DNA of 64,000 nucleotides. Origin: Takakia lepidozioides. Its lineage: Eukaryota > Plantae > Bryophyta. Positions 39,101-53,260 of the stretch are shown here, one piece after another. The notes below the pieces were generated by a model. That model was given only the letters and a program-made list of their open reading frames with translations. It did not search any database and had not been told where the DNA came from. The position numbers and the translations under genes were made by a program. The stretch spans positions 29,946,001 to 30,010,000 of the forward strand of contig CM060731.1 of the NCBI GenBank assembly GCA_030704615.1, given 5' to 3'. How positions within the stretch are numbered: position 1 is the first letter of the stretch; every line of letters begins with the position of its first letter.

Positions 39101-42100
39101 AATTGATGTAACATAATCAAAACAGAACACAGGGACACAGGCCACAGATATGTGAAGTACATTTCAATGTCTTCAAGATGGCCAGCTCAGGTGGCTTCTA
39201 GAGGAATGCTGTTCTAAAGAATGGGGCGGTGACAAGGTTATTCACTGATTGGAACACTGCAATTTCTACTGTTGTCCATGCCAACCAGCCACTGCATACT
39301 GTATAGCAAGTGCAATCATGAGTTTGACCCAAATGACCTAGTAATCACAACCATTAAAAAAATTTCCCCCATACAATGCTGTCTGCACTCTCTTTGCCTC
39401 TCCATAGTTGACTTTGCAAACAATGAGATTATACAAGATTCTTTCATGCCACAATGTAAAGAAACTTTCTGCAAAAGACAGTATGTACCAACCAGGTTCA
39501 TCGATGAGAAGAACAACTTCAGAGGGAACATCGCAGACAACTGACAGTGAAACAGTTGCAACAGTCCTTGTTGGGTGGTCCTCGCCCACAAGATTGCCGC
39601 GGCGGAATACGACGGTCTGTATCAACAATCAGTATGAAGGAAGATGAAATTTCTTATCTTGAAGGAAGAGATGCAATCCAGGAGATGGACTCCACATAGA
39701 AGAAACAGAGTATAGACAGATACCTACATAGTTGCCTAAGGCCTTGCACACTATGGAGTAGATACGGCCCATGCCTTCCAGGGAATGAAGTACTGCGACA
39801 CCATCAGGGCCATTCCTAGCTCCCTCGCCAGGAATCACCTGGCATGCCTCCACAAACTCAATACCCTGCCGCCAACGCTCGGGACCCCCTCGTAAAATCA
39901 CTGTCATGGTGCTTCTCAGTACCAGCAGTAGCTCTCTCAGTGGTTCCCCTTCAGTTCGACGTGTGCTACCAGAGACCCCTGCAGTGCCAACAGCTACATT
40001 GTGCGCACAACCCCCGTGTGCATTTCCATCACCTGCCTGCTCTAGCATAAGTGGGGCAAAGGCTGCAATTGTCCAAGCAACTTCCAAATAGCGAGGTTCA
40101 ACTGCTGCCACTGCTTGGTCATGTAGCAAATCTGGCAAATTTAAAGAGGCTGTAACAGTTGCTCGTCCTGGTTGGGCCGCATAGATCCAAGTCCATGAAC
40201 ATGCACGTGGGTGAATGACTTGTAGTGCCTTTTCCTGTGCAGGGATCAGACTGCGGGATTTGGGATCCTCTGAAATAGTTTGAAGTAATGACATGCAGCT
40301 GCTGGAGTTGCTTACAGCCGAGAACACACCATCAGCTCCAAAAATGCTCCAAGAGATGAATGGACAGAAGGCATCACATTGCGAGTACTCTAGACCTGCA
40401 AAGCAAGACCATCAATACTCCACCATGAACGGAATGTACAAGGCTCATCCTTCCTTCCCTCTGTTCCCTGATGAGCTTTCCAAGCAAGGGATTAATCTAG
40501 AAAAGTCTTCCCAACGCTCAGGATCCGCATCCTATTCCTTTTGCAGTGGCTTACATGTTAGTAACAGAACAACAGGGATTAAAGGACATTATCATGTGGC
40601 CAACCCAAGAAGCTTTAGTAATTCGCCAGAAAGGTCGACTCACCCACAGGATCCTGCAGACTGACAGCTGCAGGAAGATAAGAACCAACTTCCACTTCAA
40701 CAGGCAGCCCAGGCACTGTATCCATTGCAGATGGAACGGAGACTTCTACTTCAACCTGCGTGGGACGAGAATAGGACTATCACGCTTCAGGTTCAACAAA
40801 GACATCATCAAGAAGGTGTGAATAATGGCCTGAGGAGTTGATCACAGTGGAAGTTGGAATCATATCAGTAATAATGTTATCTAGCACACACTTTTGTGTG
40901 GGCATCACATGGCTCGTTTAGAGTGATGCATAATATGTAGGGGTAACCTCATAGGCAGTGAACGCTTATTGCATGACAGGGATGCGGGTCATGAAAGATC
41001 TATCCTCAGATACCGTTATATGTTCAACACATGGCTGGTTCTGGAAGGAGCAGAAACATGAGACGAGGGGAGGGGGAAATGAGCTGAGAGCATGGGGGTC
41101 ACTGCAATTCCCTCCAGCACAAGGGCAGCAATTATGAAAGATGCTAGAGCAATGAATCATATACATTCGTTTGATGCTCGCATTTGTACCTCATCACTGT
41201 TGAAAGAATCACGTAGGGCACGAATGACTGCTCTCCCCGGTCCTTTGGCTTTAACCACTCCAACGTCATTCACTGTAGCCACGGCAGGGTTCGACGAGGA
41301 CCAGTGGTAATGTGCTGCTCCCTCCCCGCAACCTATTTCACCAGGAGAATGCATTAGAATTGGAAGGAAATTCCCCATGACCTAAAGGATAAGGGAGCAA
41401 TTTGTAAAAACCAACTGTAATTTTTGAAGTAAGATCTCAATTCCAGTGATCAGGCTAATGCCCTTATCGAGTAGTTTCTTGGTAATAACAGATGAGGCGT
41501 GTTTGTTTTTACTACTGGATCTCACTGCAATGGCCGTAATCTAAAGTATGAATGAGATTTTAAGGCTAGCTTAGACCACACCACAACCTCTTTTTCGGTC
41601 CCATAAGCCACTGGCATTTTCATTCAGAGCCAGTCCCAGAGACCACAAATGATGAGCAACCAGCATGACACAATAATATTAGGAAGGGCTTTGAGTACAG
41701 TATGAACAAAAAGTAAAGAACATACCCCCTTCAGCAAGCAAGGAATACTCTTGCCCATTTCCAGGAACCCAGGGGAGCCGTAAAGAGTCCAGGCCATCGG
41801 CTGTCTTTTTTATATTCACCGGTGCGCACACCATAACGTCCTGCTCCACAGTAAGAACCTGCACCAGAAGTTCATACTTTAGGTTGTGCCCGAGATGGAA
41901 CATTGAGACAAAGAAAGCTCTATTTGCATGAACCTTGATACTACTAAATGTGAAAATCCCAATACCTGTTCATCGGTTAGCACCCAACTGCCAGTTGTCT
42001 CCTCTTGTATCATAACTCCATGCGTTAGGCTTGCACCAAGGCTTCCATTCCCCTCAGCCAATGCTTCCAAAAGAGTGCAATTGCGCCAACCTTGCTCTGT

Positions 42101-45100
42101 TACCACATCATCTGGAACTTTGGAGACTTTCCAGTAGGGACTTGAAGAGGGCATTTTTAAATGATTGTCCTGGGAGAAAAGAAAACAGATGTGATTATTA
42201 CTGCGGTCGTGGCCATGGCCATATGTGGGGCCGCAAGGGCTCAAAAAATATAAGACACTCATTTTATAGCTAGCCTCCAGCATCTCAGTCAAGCAGCCTG
42301 GATTGTAAGGACCTGAATAAGAAAGAAACAATGTCTTACTCAAGATTTGGGGCCATTTAAAGCAAAAAGGCAGGGTCAACCTTTGTCAGCAGCAATGGCT
42401 GAGTGCCTGATTCCCACGAAAAGGCGAGCACTTGAATAACGTACTTCCGATTCACTACTACTTGCCATACACCATCACTTGACAGTACTGGCACATCTTT
42501 ATTGGTTGATCCAGTCCTCCTCCCAGGAAGGGGAGACAAATACGTTGCCAAACTGATGGGCGCCACTACATAGAGGGTCGATGTTTGCTGATGGCCTGTC
42601 ACCCTTACGTCCTTAACGACCACGACTGTAACCCCATACGTCCGTGTCATTATGAGTCCAGTTGATGGGTCGATGTTGGCTACCGTTGAGTTGTCTACGG
42701 ACCAGAGATGGTGCGGGGATGGCAATGGCACCACTGCAAGTGATCAAATGCTGAGCTTCAGAACCCTGTTCATGACCATATACATCTGCTTGATGACACC
42801 AGCCTCTTTTGCTTTCAGGACAGTGTGAACAGGGCTGATCAAAACTTGGCAATTGCTGTATCTTAAGGAGGCACGCAAGACCTAGACAACACTGGTTTTT
42901 GCAAGGAGGTGCCTGATAGCATGGTAAACTTCTATGTCACTTCTGTTCCAAACCGGACTGGACAGCTGTGATAAAGAGACAAGAGTAGGCACAAGCACTC
43001 GAACACGAGAATGCTCAAGTAAACACCATGAAAGATTCAACTTGTTCTGCAATGCACCCACCCTTCGCCACATTTTGGCGCAGTGCTCGCAAGGTGTATT
43101 GAAGGCGCGTGCCCGGGATGACGTAAACAGGGGAGGGGGGGTCCAAAATGACAGCCTCAGCCACAGTGACGGTTATGGCATGCATCAGGTCTGGAGACTG
43201 GGTGTCCATGAGATGTGCAGTCACTCTCTCTGGGCCTGCACTAGTACCTCGTACAACATATAGGTCAGACCCGAGCCCCTGCAAGAACGCCCACTTTCAG
43301 CACAGAACATAGATGCCAGGAATATACTCAGATTTTCAATGGCATGAGCATGTACCTACATCCTTTATGTGTCCTGTGCCCCAGGGTGCTTGAATGTCCA
43401 TCCAGCTAACTACCTAAGATCTGTAATAGACAGATTATTTCCTATGAAAAAGTGGGTTGGAATCAACAAGGGAAACCATGCTCTCACAATTGTGGTGAAC
43501 ACTGGGATAGGATTTCCTGGGCTGGCTTATCCATCTGGCAGGCATCTGAGAGATATGTTATTTGTATTACCAGTTTTTCAGGAAGGGGCACAACAATACT
43601 TACACTCTGCTCCAGCTCAATCCGAATTTCAATCTCGCCCTCAATGAGAGGTGTGTCCTTGAGAGGCACATGGGTCAGGCGGTGGCACACATCGCCTGCC
43701 TGGCCTACTGGTGACAGCTGCCACAAAAACTGTAGTCCCACCAGCGACGAAAATACATTGTCTGTTTCAACCCCCCAGTACTGGTCCTGTGTCAGTATCA
43801 GCTGTTTGGAATACCATCCCAGCACCCTCGTGTCCTTATGTGTGGACTTGTTAAGCTTTCTCATCATACCTATCCCAATAGCCTATCACTTTCCGGACCT
43901 CCCAAATTTCTTTTGACTTGTTCTTTCTCTTTCATGGATGTTATAAAGCACCATTTTCTTCCTAGTTTCTCACTTTGAATGCGAAAGCTCTACTCAGATG
44001 ATACACAAACAGATTTACTGTTTAACAACCCAAAATATCATGTTTCCCATTACTCCATGAGCAACTCCGTGCAAATTATTGGATGTGCGGGTAAAATTCC
44101 CAGTCCCACTTGACAAGATGAGTCTCAAAAGGACACGTTACATCTGCACGTATTTATACCTTCAGCATCAAATGCGCGGATGCGGAGGGTTGCCAGTCCA
44201 TCAAGATCCAGCTTAAGAGAGTGATGGAAGATCTGAATGCGTGAAATTTTGTCAATGAAGACCTCACATCGCAGTATTTGGCCTGTCACTGTATCAGTTG
44301 CATGGACCGCTGTTGATCTTCGTCCTGAGTATGGAGAGATTGATGTGAGCACTGCACTGGTGGAACAATCTTTATCTGTGCCATTGAACTCTGCCTCCAC
44401 ATGAAGGATATCATAATGGTCGCAAGACCTAGCAAGTCAGCAAGCAACACATAAATACACCTGAGGTGGACGGGAATGTTAAAGAGACGAACTAATGTAT
44501 GGACACTTCCAAATACTGTTATGAACTTGTCTATACAAGCCTTCATGAGATTCCAGCGCTACTATGCAAGCCATAGCTATGATCCATCATGAATGTGGGA
44601 AGATTTTAGGCTTTGACCTCTGGGGCAATGTCGAGCACTTGGGGTTTACCGACAATGGCATCAATTCCCACATCAATATGTGACAGAATACCTAGTCACC
44701 AGAGCAGGTAGGGTTTGAGGTTTTGTCAGCTGCAAGTGCTTTGGGGTCAATCTGACATACCCTGGAGGGCTGAAACCGACAACTTGCTCCAGAGGGTTTA
44801 GTCTACAAAGGGAACAAAGTTTATAAGGGTACGCCAGTGCATATGTTTGCAGGGAACCACAATGTCTCTCTCTCTCTCTCTATGCCATGTGAAATTCTCA
44901 GTATTAGTCGGCAACTGGATAGTTGATCTGAGCCACTTTCATGATACCGCATCAATCCGTTAGTTTGGTGTGAAAATATGTGAGATTGTACAGGAACGTC
45001 TTGCCAGAGCACTGTCAAAAGCACCCAATTGTGCTAAACATGCGTAGATTTCTATAAGTATGGTGGAGAGTCAGTTAATCTGGTTCACAGTGGTTTTCCA

Positions 45101-45910
45101 GAGTGTGGAATGCCTGGTTAAGACGTCCGAGAAAGCTCATTAAGACCTAAATGTGATATTGTGGACCTGATCCATTCATGGGGTAGAAGAGCCAAAACGT
45201 ATACACCACATCGGACATAGTTAATCTCTAATGGGTCCAGTTACAGATAGCCTTTGCGCAGACATCTCCATTCAAGATTGGCATGCGAGCCTAAACCCTA
45301 AACCCCCAAGTGTTCTGCACACTGCGACCTGGCCCGTTTGTAGAGGGAGTTCTCCGAATCAAAGATTGACGGATCCACCTTATTCAATTTCGAGTGCCAT
45401 CCACGCAAATAGACGGTCGTGGGATCCTTCCAAAACAAGCGCAACATCTTACAACTCTCTACAACTGCCAGCAATAATTTCGAGAATGAACAGTCTCCAT
45501 GGTCAGGCTTTCTTCTCCAGTGTCACAATCCTATTGTAACTGTCTTTGGTGAGAGAAGCGGCACTGGTGCCAGAGAATGAGAGAGGAGCCACAGGAAGAC
45601 CAAGAGAGTTCGACACAATGAAATGCGAAGTGGGAGTGGGAAAGGATAGTGGTGGTGGGGGGGAAGGGCGCTTAGAGAAAGACACAAACCAGGTGAAGCA
45701 ACCATTGTAGCCTTGAAGGTGATAGTGAACAGCGTGAGCTGTGCGAGGAGGTAGAAGTAGATTAATACTGTTGATGTGAGGGCCTTCCGGTGCATGAATT
45801 ATCCCTGCGACCACAACTCTCGCATCCCACCCGACAGACAAATGAAGAAGTGCCCCCAACACGACCAATGTCGGAATCCGCATGGGGAAGAAGATGACAG
45901 GCTCCTTCAT
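24155..45910 (-). CDS. GP210: nuclear pore membrane glycoprotein GP210/Nup210, multi-exon
   Basis: Signal peptide plus GPHINSINLLLPP...LQGYNGCFTW in exon 1. Internal exons include RCEVFIDKISRIQIFHHSLKLDLDGLATLRIRAFDAEG, NVFSSLVGLQFLWQL, YHWSSSNPAVATV and GGPERW. The last exon has a TM helix and the tail SP.TP..PF.DYV..TI..TPYY.REG.RR..P..TY, as in plant GP210. Internal exon borders were not all mapped. Confidence 0.9.
27641..28685 (-). mobile_element. 5'-truncated RTE/RTEX-like LINE in a GP210 intron
   Basis: Near-identical to ~1625-2670. 16-bp TSD aagagtttttagtaga at 27626-27641 and 28686-28701. Confidence 0.92.
30482..30811. repeat. 165-bp tandem duplication (2 copies) in a GP210 intron
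   Basis: 30482-30646 versus 30647-30811, with 4 substitutions. Confidence 0.9.
31464..31727 (-). mobile_element. short 3' copy of the RTE/RTEX-like LINE in a GP210 intron
   Basis: Matches ~2400-2663. 10-bp TSD tggattctat at 31455-31464 and 31725-31734. Confidence 0.9.
35172..35458. mobile_element. hAT-type MITE related to 22668-22908
   Basis: TIR CAGTGTTTTT...AAAAACACTG. Shares tttctggcgaaa...tttcgacc with the 22.7-kb copy. No TSD seen. Confidence 0.55.
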
Positions 45911-47329
45911 TGCGACAATCGCACAAAGTTCTTCAGCAGCACATATGGACCAAACTTCTTTAACCGGGGATGAAATTTAACCATGTGGGTCTGTTGGAAA
46001 GCGCATCTACAGCTGTCGACAATAAGCTGGCCTAGAGTTAAATTCCGCCCAGTTCAAGAGCCTGACTGGTTATCAGTACTCAAGAAAATCTAGCTCCAGC
46101 TCTGCTACTGATTGTAGGTTGTCAGATGCTAGCTGGGTTGTCTACCAGCTTAACTAGCAAGTGTCTTGAACAAATAGCAATCTCTGATGCAGAGCGACAA
46201 AGCGAAGTTGGAGAGGAACAGACAGTTATTCAAAAAAAGCTAGAGCGATACAGAGTGACCCATAACTCATAGGAGGAAGAAGAAACGAAAAGAGGGAAAA
46301 CACTGATATTGTACGAAGCCTGCTGTGAGTTTGGGCGAAGAGGAAGATCAGGAAGCAGGAAATCTTCTAGGTCTCTGTGGGGCCAGCTTCTCGATCAAAG
46401 CCCTTTCCCTCTTTGCTAACGATGATCTTCACTAGAAATTACATTTTTAGAATGTCACCATGTGAAGAACTAGCTGCAGGTGTCCTTGTACCAGGAATGG
46501 AGAGAGTTGCAAGGGGAGCCCTAACCCTAAACTGTCATAGCCAACTCCTTCCCCCCTCCTCTGCTCGGACGAGCTTTTCAAACACAGGGATCAAAACAAA
46601 ATGCCGGATGTGGGCTCTGGCAAGGTTGGCTCTAATAGGAGGGTTAAGATTATATGATGCCCTGAACATTTTGTACACTTTGAAAGGAGGGCACCTCGCA
46701 CTGTTATCAATCGCGTTGTTGGAATTAAGTACTCTTCCCTATTCATTGTCATATGCAATTTTCCCCCTTGCTTGAGTGCTGTTTCAGGTGGATCTCTGAC
46801 CAGCGATAGCGAATCCCATTGTCCGAAGTGAGATGTTTCAGCTGTTAACAGATTGCGCCTCAATGTATGGCGGTTATTATCGGTTGGGGGAATGGCTGAC
46901 ATCTTTGTCCTTTGGCAATTACAGCCTCTCTCTCCCTCTCTCTCTCTGTCCCTCTCTCTGCCTCAAGGTAGAGGTCTAGAGAGAGTGATCCGCAGGTCAT
47001 GTTATGTAAGTAGAATGATGTCCACCCTCTTTCCTGTTGTCTGACCTTCTTCAGGCTGTAGGTGATACTAGAATAGTTTGATTTTATTCTTTGTGTTAAT
47101 ATATCTAGCTCTACGAGCTTTGGTTGTTTCCTCATGGGGGACAGTTACACCCATTTGTAGAGTCACCCCACTTGGGTCTTTTTATAAAGCTATGCAAGTT
47201 TTCCTTTTTCAATGCTTGTTTCTTTGTGATTTTGAAGTGGTGATCTCATTGTCCTACTGCAGGGACCACAGCTATCATGATCACATAATAATCCGTATCA
47301 GATTTAAGTGGCAGACGACAATGATCAAA

Positions 47330-50152
47330 TCAAAGCTTCCAATAGCACGAGCGAAATCCAAACCCTGCGAGTTAAGTTAGGAAGGACATCTGAAGAAAGG
47401 ACAGGGAGGCCAAGTGGATTCAGAAAGTGTTTCAGAGGCAAGGTTTTATGGAGAGTGCGGGGAGGCGAGATGAAGCCGCCCCGGCAACCTCTGCCCGACG
47501 TAAAATAGATTGAGCTTGAGCCTTTTGCAAAGCAACATAAACTTGTTGTCTAAAGAAAGCTACAAGAACAGAGGCGTATGGGCTTCCAAGGCTTTTGTTT
47601 CCCGCTGCACGATGGGCACATGTGTGAAGGAACTCGTTGAACTGATGATGCAAACAACCAAAGATCTCAACTGCCAAAGGAAGGAATGTGTCTGTGGAAT
47701 GATGTGCCCGATAGTCATGCTCCTTTCTCTGCGCAGCTACTGAAGCGGCAACTCCCTGTGATGAGGCTGTGCAGGGCAAGAGATCCGACCTAGTAGGATC
47801 AGCGATGACAACGTCCGCCAATGTACGCAGTCCGTCATGTGAGAGAACAATGTCAACCCGTCGTCGAGTGGAATGGTGATCGTGGGTCGATGGGAGTATG
47901 TGCCCCTGCTCTCGAATGACATGTATGTCAGCATCACGAGCAACCGCAGCTGCTACATCCCGGACGACGTCATGGGTCGCAGTGCGTTCTCCATAAAGTG
48001 GATTCAGAGAGGACGACCAGACCAATTGAGGAGGATAAGACCTTTTGAGGTGGCATTAGTATATTCTCTTGAGCTGTACAAATGTAAACTTTGAGGGAAT
48101 ATTGGTGTTTATGGATTTGAATGCAATCTCACAAGCCTGTAATTGGGTCAGGAACCCAGTTTTCCTGTGAAGATGTACGCCGAGTGAATCGAGAGGATGG
48201 CGACAAACACACTGTTGTAGTTCTAACACAGAGATATGCGGAAGATCCAGTCGAACTCGTAGGGAGGTGGTAAATACAGTAAAAGACATACGGAAGGGTG
48301 CAATGGTTGGTCGTACCGTGAGCCACGCGCCTACTCCGGACCCTGCGCACGAGAGAAGTCTGGCCCGATGTATATCTGAAGGAGCATCGGAAAGCATGCT
48401 GGCAAATGAGTGTCGGTGCACGCGTTCCATGATGGTATCTTGTAAGTGCTCAAGACCTTGAGTGACCAACTGTTCAAAGGGTGGCAGACAAGCCCGTGCT
48501 GGTGTTGGGATGAGATCCCGTGCTAAACAAAGATGTTGCTGGAAGGACAAAGAGCCATCATCGATATGGGCAACCACCTCCATGAGAAAAGGGCGTTGCT
48601 GACACAGAAACCGAGATGTCAAGGAGCGACTAAGCCCAACTACCTAGGAAGGCAGCAGGGGCAGTGACAACTGTGGATAGTAAACCCACTCCTCCAGAAG
48701 AGATCAGGAGGGTAGCTTGACGACATGCCAAGGGCCCCTACTCAGTATCAAATGCACCTGGGCCTAATAGACGACCAAAAATCCCCCTAACAATCGTATC
48801 GAAAGAAGACAGAAGCTCCACAAACTGGGGAGTGGGGGAAAACAATGCAAAAGATAATAAGGTCGCTGTAAAAAGCATTTAGTGAGAATGCCATGGGCTA
48901 CCTGCATATCCCCTAATTTGGGAAGAAGCTCTATATGGCTTGTATCCTGTAGCAAAGCGTCTTGGAGGAAAGATGTTGTGTAAGGGGTAGTACCAAAGGG
49001 AACACCTAACACTCGAATACCCTCAGATGGTGCTAGAAAGTCGACAGGGGGCACGAAATCTGAAGGCAGACCAGAGGGTGACAAAACTGTGGATTTGCGA
49101 GGTTGAACAGTGAGCCCTAGAGAGTGAAGTTGGGTAGCAAAGTAATGAAAGCCAAAAGGATATCAGTGGGAGGGCCAGTGATGTGGGTACCATCAGCAAT
49201 AGAAGGAAATATACAGGATTAGAAGGCTTACGCAGATGAGCGAAGGGCTCGCAAGTGGGCAAAAGCAAAAAGAGGTCCCCCTAATGGATCGCCCTGACGG
49301 GTTCTTACTTCGGACTGGATTATAGTAAGATCTCCGGTACGGGTATGATGACTGTAAAACAAAAGGGTGGAGGAAGCATAAAACAATCTCACAAAGGGAA
49401 TGAGTTGATGGCATGCGCCGTCGGCTGATCGCAGTTCCTGAAATATTTCTGATCTGGACACCGTGTTGAAGGCGTTGGTCACATCCACCTGAAGGACGAC
49501 CCAGTCTGGATGAAGGTCAAGGGAAGCCCAAATCCCATGCACCACCGCTTCACAACCTCCCGAAGTAGCGACCCCAAACTGATGTGGAGAAAAGTGAGAA
49601 GGAAAGACCTCCTAAAACTGGATGCAGATAGAGCGGCTCACCAAGCGATACAAAACCTCCCCCGCTGCAATAGGACGAATCCCACTTGTGTTCTCGGACA
49701 TGGCCAAGAGCCGTGATGCTCCAAGTAAACGTGTTACTGGGGTAGGTATATGTCCCATTGCAATGAAAGAGCAAAGCTTGGAAAAGCCACTAGCAGAGTC
49801 ATGTGGATTGAGACAATCACGGAGGTGCTCATACACCAAACCACACAGACCGGCTGCTGCAAGATGAGGGCTACGAATGAATGCTTGTATGAAAGTGTCG
49901 CGATCCAATTGAAGGTCCTCATCAGGTTCAAAGTCCTCCACAAAGGAAGGAAGGATGTCGTCCGCACTGGGGTGAAAATTCTCCAGTGTGACAGTACAAG
50001 CCGAAGGCGGTGCTGGGGTAAGAGGAGCAAGAGCTCGAGCTGCACTAGAATACTCTTCTGCCCGGCCTAGCATAAGACTCCGACGAAGACGCATGCGGAT
50101 GGATGGAGTGGCCTGGTGTGGGCTATCATGAGCTATTCGCGCTGCAAGTGCT
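47330..50152 (-). mobile_element. CRE-like (restriction-like endonuclease) non-LTR retrotransposon, RT-CCHC-RLE part, degenerate
   Basis: Motifs GIRPIAAGEVLYRL, LQVDVTNAFN, RQGDPLG, SIADGTHI (catalytic DD mutated), VLGVPFG, AWL, C-x-C...H, HD.V, RVDI...D, and FLPLAVEIFG. Many frameshifts. The 3' boundary is approximate. Confidence 0.8.
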
Positions 50153-51097
50153 TCACTAGTACATATTAATGTTTTTATGACTATGGATATCACCGCATTT
50201 GCAGTGATAAGTGCTGTTATAACTACCTCACTCTGCAGTGACAAACACGAAGTCAATTCTACCATGACTACGGAGTGATAAGTGCAAAGTCATGGTCGTC
50301 AGTGAGGACGTGGCATGGGATAGTGATGCAGGGTTTGGTGATGTAATCATAGCAAATATGACTACATGACTGAAAGTTATGACTAAGATTACGACTACAT
50401 CACTACAACATTGCGCCTACATGGAGAGGCCTTTGCGTGACACGTGGGATCATTGGGCATTGACATGTGTAATCATCACCTGATGGCACAGTGGAGTAGT
50501 CATATCTTTATGACTACACGACTATGGGTATGACTATATCACTACAACACTACAGATGGCACGTGGTCTCGTTGGAGCAGGTGTGACTGACACGTGTTGA
50601 TCATGTAAATTTTATAATTTATTAAATGTTATTTAATTTTAAATGACTAATTTAGATATTAAATTAAATTAAATTAATATGAAATTTAACTTTGTGGAGC
50701 TCTCATAATTGGCAAAGGGGAAAGGCCATCTATACCAAGACACAACCCCTATGCAGGGAAAGAGAGCATGCATTAATCTTTCAATGATCAACGAATCGAC
50801 CCCCAACCCTGCTGGCAGTTGCAAAGAGTGGCAAAGAAAGATTCTACCACCAACCCTGTTGCATAGACTGGCAGAAGCAACAACATCATACAATATGAAA
50901 GACACAACTACAATCAAACATGTCATCCACAGAAACACCACAACACAACCTCAGAGGACATTGCACCTTCGAACGATATTGGATGTTAATACATCAAACA
51001 CTAACATGGTGTTCGAACTAGTCTACATATATATATATTCCCAAGATATACTTTATTCTTCAAGCACGATGTTGCTAAGCACTACCACAACAAGAAA

Positions 51098-53260
51098 TTG
51101 ATCATCTACGCAGGTTTCTTTGTAGCTGTCCTTCCACAGGGAATCATAGGTAATCTGGAGCTTGAAATCCAACCCTATTGGATGAATCTGGACCCACACT
51201 CTATCCCTGCCCCTTCAGCTATCTATGCTTCTACACAAATCATGCATACATCCTTGCTTTGCTGCTAGTAGCTGACAATGACAGCCTAGATTTGTTCTAG
51301 GAAACACCCAACTCGACTTATCACACTAGTTCCTATGCTCAATGGCATCTGCTACTATCTATAATACAGCAGGCATTCACCTTTTTGCCTCGATTGTCCC
51401 ACCATTGACTGAAGTCAGAAAGTATTCATTCCACAGCTTCTCCTCGTCTCTGTTACCTGTTTCTGGACACTTTCCTGTTGTCACATTGGCAGTACCATGT
51501 CAAAGTCACTCCAAACTATCAAAGGTTCACTCAACCAGCTAACTTGCAGAATTCAACATGAAAATTTAGGACCGATTCTGATTAGAGGGAAAAACAGGGT
51601 GAATTGTGTTGAAGAAGGTGCCTTGATTACCAGTGCCTGATTTTATATGGAATCATAGGTAATCTGGAGCTTGAAATCCAGCCCTCTTGGATGTATGTGG
51701 ACCCACACTCTATCCCTGCCCCTTCATCTATCCATACCTCTACACAAATCATGCATACATCCTTGCCTTGCTGCTAGCAGCTGACAATGACAGCCTAGAA
51801 TTGTTCCAGCAAACACCCCAACCCTACTTATCACACTAGTTCCTATGCTTAATAGCATATGCTACTCTCTGTAATCTATCAGGCATTCACCTTTTTGCCT
51901 CGATTGTCTCACCATTGACTGGGGTCAGAAAGAATCCATTCCACATCTTCTCCTCGTCTTTATTACTTGTTTGTAGATACTTTCATGTTGTCACATTGGC
52001 AGTATCATGTCAAAGTCAAGTGCTCCAAACTATCAAAGGTTCACTCAACCAGCTAACTTGCAAAATTCAACATGAGGGCCGATTCCTATTAGAGGGAAAA
52101 ACAGGGTGAATTGTGTTGAAGAAGGTGCCTTGATTATCAGTGCCTGATTTTATCAATTGTGTCGCTGCTGCTGCGGCTTCCAGTTGACCATCTACCCATG
52201 CAGGTTTCTTGTAGCTATCCTTCCACATGGAATCATAGATAATCTGGAGCTTGAAATCCAGCCCCTCTTGGATGAATCTGGACCCACACTCTATCCCTGC
52301 CCCTTCAGCTATCCATGCCTCTGCACAAATTATGCATATATCCTGGCCTTGTTGCTAGCAGCTGACAATGACAGCCTAGAATTGTTCCAGCAAACACCCC
52401 AACCCTACTTGTCACACTAGTTCCTATGCTGATTTGCGTTTGCTTCCAATAGACATTCACCTTTTTGCCTCGATTGTTCCACCATTGACTGGGGTCTTAA
52501 ACGTATTCCTTCCAGAGCTTCTCCTCAGCTACCTTGCAGAGTTCAACATCAAAATTCAGGGACGACTCTGATAGTAGGAAAAACAGGGTGAAATGTGTTG
52601 AAGAAGGTACCTTCATCAGCAGTGCCTTGTTCTATCAATTGTGTTGATGCCGCTGCTGTTTCCAGTTGACCATCTACCCACTTGTAGCTATTGGTTTGAA
52701 ATCCGGCCCTCTTGGATAAATCTGGACCTCTATCCCTGGTCCTTCAGCTATATATCCCTGCCTGTGTACAAATCATAAATACATCCTCAGCCTTGCTGCT
52801 AGCAGCTGACACTGACGGCGTGAAGTTCTTCCAACAAACACCCGAGCTCTACTTATAATAGTAGTTCCAATTCTATATTGCATCTGCTTCTCTCTGTAGT
52901 CCAACAGGCATTCACCTTTTTGTCTCCATTGTCCCACCATTGACTGGGGTCGGTAAAGTGTTCATTCCAAATCTTCTCCTCATCTCAGTTATCTGTTTTT
53001 GGATACTTCGTGCGGCCACATCGGTAGTAACTTGTCAAAGTCACTCCAAACCACCACAGATCCACCCAACGAGCTAACTTACAGAATTCAATATGCATCT
53101 CAGGGCCAAGTATGAGAGGCAAAACAGGCTGAAATAGGTTGAAGAAGGTGGCATCACCACATTGTCCTTGACCCATGGAGGATTTGACCGACCATCAACC
53201 CAAAAGGACCTCTTGTGTGTGATGTTTATGTCTGTAGTCCGGTAATGTCGGATTGGCCTG
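51098..53260 (-). repeat. tandem array of ~4 OSB PDF-motif exon/intron units (~460-570 bp) plus one variant PDF exon
   Basis: WWDNRGKK|GT exon ends near 51380, 51890, 52460 and 52915. PDFK-type exons near 51160, 51670, 52250 and 52700. Variant ANPTLPDYRHK...WVDGRSNPPWV near 53170-53257. The units carry indels and stops. Confidence 0.82.

Noticed and set aside
46453-47143. solo LTR (TG...CA with short imperfect inverted ends)
   Set aside because: No TSD, PBS/PPT or second copy is visible.
51098-53260. CRISPR-like array or plain satellite
   Set aside because: There is no short repeat/unique spacer structure, and the units translate to spliced PDF-motif exons.
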